64,000 bases of DNA, taken from contig JBBRMG010000002.1 of NCBI GenBank assembly GCA_038230955.1, positions 1,199 through 65,198 on the forward strand, written 5' to 3'. The stretch's first letter is position 1; each line of letters opens with the position of its first letter. The notes under the pieces were generated by a model. It did no database searches. It worked only from the letters and a program-made list of their open reading frames with translations, and was not told where the DNA came from. Below are positions 60,379 to 64,000 of this stretch, one piece after another. Made by a program: the position numbers and the translations under genes. The DNA is from Candidatus Doudnabacteria bacterium (GTDB taxonomy: Bacteria; Patescibacteriota; Doudnabacteria; UBA920).

Positions 60379-60856
60379 TTATTGTTTTACGCTTGCCTCT
60401 ACCGCGATATGTAGGAGTTAAGCTGTGACAGTTTGGGCAAAGAATTCTTAGATTCTCCATGCGATTATCGTGACGGTCCCCATTAATATGGTCTAACTCT
60501 AGAGGAGTATATCCATCAACGGTCTTTTCCGCCCAACCGCAATGTTCACAGTATCCAGGCTTCATTCCGGCCGCTATCAGTCTGGGTTTGAGTTTGTAGC
60601 TTTGATAGTAACTATGGCTAATCAATATCTCACCAAACGTTCTTTGGGGCTTACCAACGCCACTCATTCCTTTATTCCATGCCTGACCGGTAAAATGAGT
60701 AGTCTTGATTTTATACTGAACAATATATTTCTTTAGCTGATCATAGTTACCGCCAGCTGGACGTAATTTTAACCGAACTAAAACCTGTCTATAACTTTTA
60801 CTATTATAGACTGCATTTCTTAGTTCATCAATTGTCCAAGACCTTTTTCTATTCAT
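60341..60856 (-). CDS. HNH endonuclease (free-standing, homing-endonuclease-like)
   Basis: CEHCGW...LELDHINGDRHDNRMENLRILCPNCHS zinc-finger HNH motif. The 3' end overlaps tRNA-Leu by 38 nt. Confidence 0.8.
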   Translation of the reverse strand: MNRKRSWTIDELRNAVYNSKSYRQVLVRLKLRPAGGNYDQLKKYIVQYKIKTTHFTGQAWNKGMSGVGKPQRTFGEILISHSYYQSYKLKPRLIAAGMKPGYCEHCGWAEKTVDGYTPLELDHINGDRHDNRMENLRILCPNCHSLTPTYRGRGKRKTISPSGEIGYTRDT

Positions 60857-60911
60857 ACATATAGTATGCCTAAGGTCTGATCAAATTATGTTAAAGAACT
60901 TATCAAGCTTC

Positions 60912-60986
60912 TGGAGGTGCGAGCGGGAATCGAACCCGCGCATAGAGGTTTTGCAGACCACCGCGTTACCATTTCGCCATCGCACC
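60912..60986 (-). tRNA. tRNA-Cys (anticodon GCA), U73 discriminator, CCA encoded
   Basis: GGTGCGA acceptor, anticodon loop CTGCAAA, T-arm GCGGG-TTCGATT-CCCGC, then T-CCA. Confidence 0.8.
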
Positions 60987-61033
60987 ACGTTTGGATAAAA
61001 GCTTACATATTGTAGCCGACTAGCGCATAAGAT

Positions 61034-61065
61034 TCAAGAAACAAAAACCCCCGCTTCGTAAGCGG
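61034..61065 (-). terminator. rho-independent terminator
   Basis: cccccgctt-cgt-aagcggggg with flanking A/T tracts, after the 61086..61871 gene. Confidence 0.65.
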
Positions 61066-61085
61066 GGGAAAAATATAAATGTAGG

Positions 61086-61871
61086 TTACTTTTTTACCAG
61101 TTCTGCAGACCCTGCCAATGCAGTGTGCATTGTGTTGCCGTTATTGCTTACACGATCATAAGCTACTTGAGCAGACTGAGTCCACATATGATTTAACTGG
61201 ATCAACAAAGCTTGGTTGTTTCCAACCCAGTGGTTGGAAGCTTTCCCAGGACAAGGTTGTTTGTACAAACCACACATTTGCACCAGGGACATATCAGAGT
61301 ACTTTACTGCTGACTTGCGTGGATATTCGGTTAAGAAGTTATCCATGCTGACGATACCTTCACAGGTATTGTTGCCCATTTTCCATAATCGACCTCCACC
61401 TATTCCCCAATAGTTATATGTACCAGGAAGGGAGTGAAGTCCGAGACCACTTTCAGCGTTTGCCAGCGACAAAATTTTGTCAGCATTCTTCAGGTCGACT
61501 AACGTATCGACACAGTTGGCGAACGGCGAACCTCGGCTAGTTAAGTAATTGTGGAGGTTGTCTTTATATGTGTTTTTGGTTTGGAAATCCAAGTCATGAG
61601 CGGCCAATTCAGCGTAAGCTAATGACGGAATTTGTGATAGCTGGGCTACTTCTACGTTAGAAGCTGCTGCGACCACGATTTGGTCTTCGTTTGCAGGATT
61701 TGGTATTTGTCCTTTGACTTCAAAAACTTGAGCCGTCTTACCTTCATTCTGTAAGCTGAAATCAGCTTGGGCTACTAAATGGGGATATAGAATCCACACT
61801 AGAACCGGGATAAAAGCGAGAAACTGGATGCCTTTATCGATTGCAGAACCAAGGTTCAAGGAAGCTTTCAT
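61086..61871 (-). CDS. secreted hypothetical protein (possible cell-wall hydrolase)
   Basis: Signal/TM N-terminus. Cys-containing soluble domain (NYWGIGGGRLWKMGNNTCEG). No confident family. Confidence 0.45.
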   Translation of the reverse strand: MKASLNLGSAIDKGIQFLAFIPVLVWILYPHLVAQADFSLQNEGKTAQVFEVKGQIPNPANEDQIVVAAASNVEVAQLSQIPSLAYAELAAHDLDFQTKNTYKDNLHNYLTSRGSPFANCVDTLVDLKNADKILSLANAESGLGLHSLPGTYNYWGIGGGRLWKMGNNTCEGIVSMDNFLTEYPRKSAVKYSDMSLVQMCGLYKQPCPGKASNHWVGNNQALLIQLNHMWTQSAQVAYDRVSNNGNTMHTALAGSAELVKK

Positions 61872-62257
61872 TTAATCAGATCAAATTCCTTTCTCCCCTT
61901 AATAATAGAGTTATTACTACGGACCGTAAGTTTACTAAGACGGCTCTCTAAAAACGGGACTTACTATATGGATTTTACCTAAATATTGATAGAATCCCTA
62001 TATTTGGCCCGTTTTTGGGCTCTTTTGGTTAAACAAAAAGAGTGCCGAACTAGCACCTTACAAAGTCATTATAGCAGAATTTTGACCTAAAATCAAGATG
62101 AAATTGTCAGATTCAGCCATAAATAAGGGCAAAAACGTTTTTTTAGGCTTGCCGGAGCGGCGAATTGGCTTGTTTCAGAGGATTTTCAGATTTAGTGATA
62201 TCTTTAACTTTCTTTGATGACAACTATGTTAGGCTCTAGTTAATTAATTTTAACCAT

Positions 62258-63436
62258 ATGCAATCGATAAAATTTTGTTTCATAGTGACTTTGTTGTTTG
62301 TGTTCCCTAACAATGTTTCAGCGGCTGGTGTTCATCATGCTAGAGTCTGTAGCGTTGCTAAAAAAGGAGGGCTAGCAAGTTGTAATGCTCAAGTTGTGGT
62401 TGATGCACAAGGCCATCCGTTATTTAGGTCTGTTCCACTAGGGTTTAGCCCTCAACAATTGCGTAGTGCTTACGGTGTGAGTGGGCAGGCTAATACTCCA
62501 TCTGTTGTAGCCATTGTTGATGCTTATGATGACCCTACTATCAAGAAAGACTTGGATATGTTTAGTCGGAAATTCGGGCTGTCCATATTACCTGATTGCC
62601 AAGGCCTGCCCACTAATGCGTTGCCCTGCTTTACTAAAATGAATCAACGGGGCAAAAAGGCTTTGCCCGTCCCTAATGCTGGGTGGGCCATGGAAATAGC
62701 TTTAGATGTGGAAGCAGTACACGCATTATGCGAAAATTGTTCAATATTATTAGTGGAGGCCGACTCTCCGAATACAAAAAATTTGCTGTTTGCCGAAGAC
62801 ACAGCTGTTGCGGCGGGTGCTCAAGTGATATCTAATTCATGGGGAGGTCCCGAATTTGTAGGGGAAGTTACATTGGACAGCCATTTCAAACAAACAGGTA
62901 TCGCCTATGTATTTAGTAGTGGTGATTCGGGTTATGGAGTACAATATCCGGCAGCCTCACAGTTTGTAACGGCTGTGGATGGTACTAGTTTATTCATGAG
63001 TGGAATGTCTTACAAAGACGAGAACGCTTGGAGTGGTGCTGGTAGTGGCTGTTCCATGTTTGAACCAAAGCCATTGTGGCAAAAGGATGGGCAATGTTCC
63101 GGACGGACAGTGGCTGACGTTTCAGCAGTGGCTGATCCCACTACGGGGACGGCAGTCTATAGCTCTACTAGTCCGAATGGGAAAAAAGGCTGGTTTATGG
63201 CAGGCGGCACCAGTTTAGCAGCACCGATAGTGGCGGCAATTTATGCCATGGCGGGAGATATTACTGGTGACATAAGGGCAAACAGCGCTCCCTATCTCCG
63301 AGGATCAAAGAAAAATTTGCATGATGTATCTGGCGGCAAAAATGGTGATTGTTCATTCAATTACCTTTGTGAGGGAGTAACGAAATACGATGGCCCGACG
63401 GGGCTAGGCAGTCCAAAAGGCCTGGGAGCGTTTTAG
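62258..63436 (+). CDS. secreted serine peptidase of the subtilase clan (S8/S53, sedolisin-like)
   Basis: Signal peptide. AIVDAYDDP (Asp), ISNSWGGPE, GGTSLAAPIVAAIYA (Ser). Confidence 0.7.
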   Translation: MQSIKFCFIVTLLFVFPNNVSAAGVHHARVCSVAKKGGLASCNAQVVVDAQGHPLFRSVPLGFSPQQLRSAYGVSGQANTPSVVAIVDAYDDPTIKKDLDMFSRKFGLSILPDCQGLPTNALPCFTKMNQRGKKALPVPNAGWAMEIALDVEAVHALCENCSILLVEADSPNTKNLLFAEDTAVAAGAQVISNSWGGPEFVGEVTLDSHFKQTGIAYVFSSGDSGYGVQYPAASQFVTAVDGTSLFMSGMSYKDENAWSGAGSGCSMFEPKPLWQKDGQCSGRTVADVSAVADPTTGTAVYSSTSPNGKKGWFMAGGTSLAAPIVAAIYAMAGDITGDIRANSAPYLRGSKKNLHDVSGGKNGDCSFNYLCEGVTKYDGPTGLGSPKGLGAF

Positions 63437-63534
63437 TAATTGCGTTTAGATAAAAGAAAATGCTCCACTTTTGTGAGGCATTTTCTTTTGTAGCTCTTGG
63501 TGGAGGATGTTAGAACTGAGGTGAGTCTTACAAT

Positions 63535-63979
63535 CTAGACCAAAAACACCCTACTTTGATATTCGGGCAATAATACAAGTTCAAATCCATGTCCAACATT
63601 ATCCAGCTTGCCTTTATATTTTTCTGAATAGTGCGGAATAATTCTAATTGGAAGAATTCCCAATCCTTCAATAATACTATTCGCATTCGGGCTATAGCAA
63701 AATTTTCCTAAGATATTGGCTCCCGCAGATTCTCCAGCGATTACTTTTCCATTTAATAACTCTCTTGAAATTGGGAATGTCTTAAGTGTTTCGAGACTTC
63801 AAAGTCTTGTCTCCAATAAAGTATATAACATCTGCCGATTGTATTTGTTCGATAAAATTTTGTTCATTGGCAACCTCAAATATCAGCTGGTTTTGTGTTT
63901 TGGTTTGGTTGAATTCTGCTTTTACTCTTGTGGTATTCTCATTCACCGTTTCAATTTCTTTAGCAAAACAAACTAACAA
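63535..63979 (-). pseudogene. peptidase S51 (PepE/dipeptidase E-like) gene with an apparent frameshift
   Basis: Frame A (63535-63798) encodes ...RELLNGKVIAGESAGANILGKFCYSPNANSIIEGLGILPIRIIPHYSEKYKGKLDNVGHGFELVLLPEYQSRV. Frame B (63782-63979) encodes the N-terminal piece ending ADVIYFIGD. The two frames switch near 63785-63800. Confidence 0.4.
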
Positions 63980-64000
63980 TATCTTAGAATTTTGTGGGAC

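Noticed and set aside
63716-63976. 86-aa plus-strand ORF at the window end
   Set aside because: Antisense to the PepE-like coding region. Low-complexity hydrophobic translation.

Overview
This is a 64-kb chromosomal segment from a low-GC, small-genome bacterium. The gene content (truncated TsaB, FemAB with a Mur ligase, type IV pilus ATPase, several TrmB-family regulators, no gyrB next to recF) suggests a Patescibacteria/CPR-like lineage (inference). The window contains the replication-origin region: dnaA-dnaN-recF on the minus strand, divergent from rpmH-rnpA-yidD-yidC-jag, with DnaA-box clusters in both adjoining intergenic regions. Other core genes are rpoB and the 5' part of rpoC, ruvA, ruvB and ruvC (dispersed), uvrB, polA, gyrA, tyrS, rpsT, rpsA, rsmI, yebC, tsaB and tsaE. 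There are three tRNAs (Ile-UAU, Leu-UAA, Cys-GCA), one complete amino-acid ABC transporter and an ABC-2 exporter. An accessory region holds three TrmB-like regulators, two orphan PBP1-type solute-binding proteins, a RhuM/Doc protein, an HNH endonuclease wedged between tRNAs, and secreted hydrolases. Features not explained by gene annotation are: (i) a family of three ~100-nt long-hairpin elements whose outer stems covary around a conserved inner GAAACTA/TAGTTTC helix; (ii) a palindromic TTGTCA-N7-TGACAA motif upstream of the regulator-linked binding-protein genes; (iii) an ABC ATPase whose C-terminal extension is homologous to the effector domain of the TrmB regulators in the same window; (iv) a tRNA-Ile with anticodon UAU; (v) an acceptor plus T-arm tRNA-like minihelix next to gyrA.
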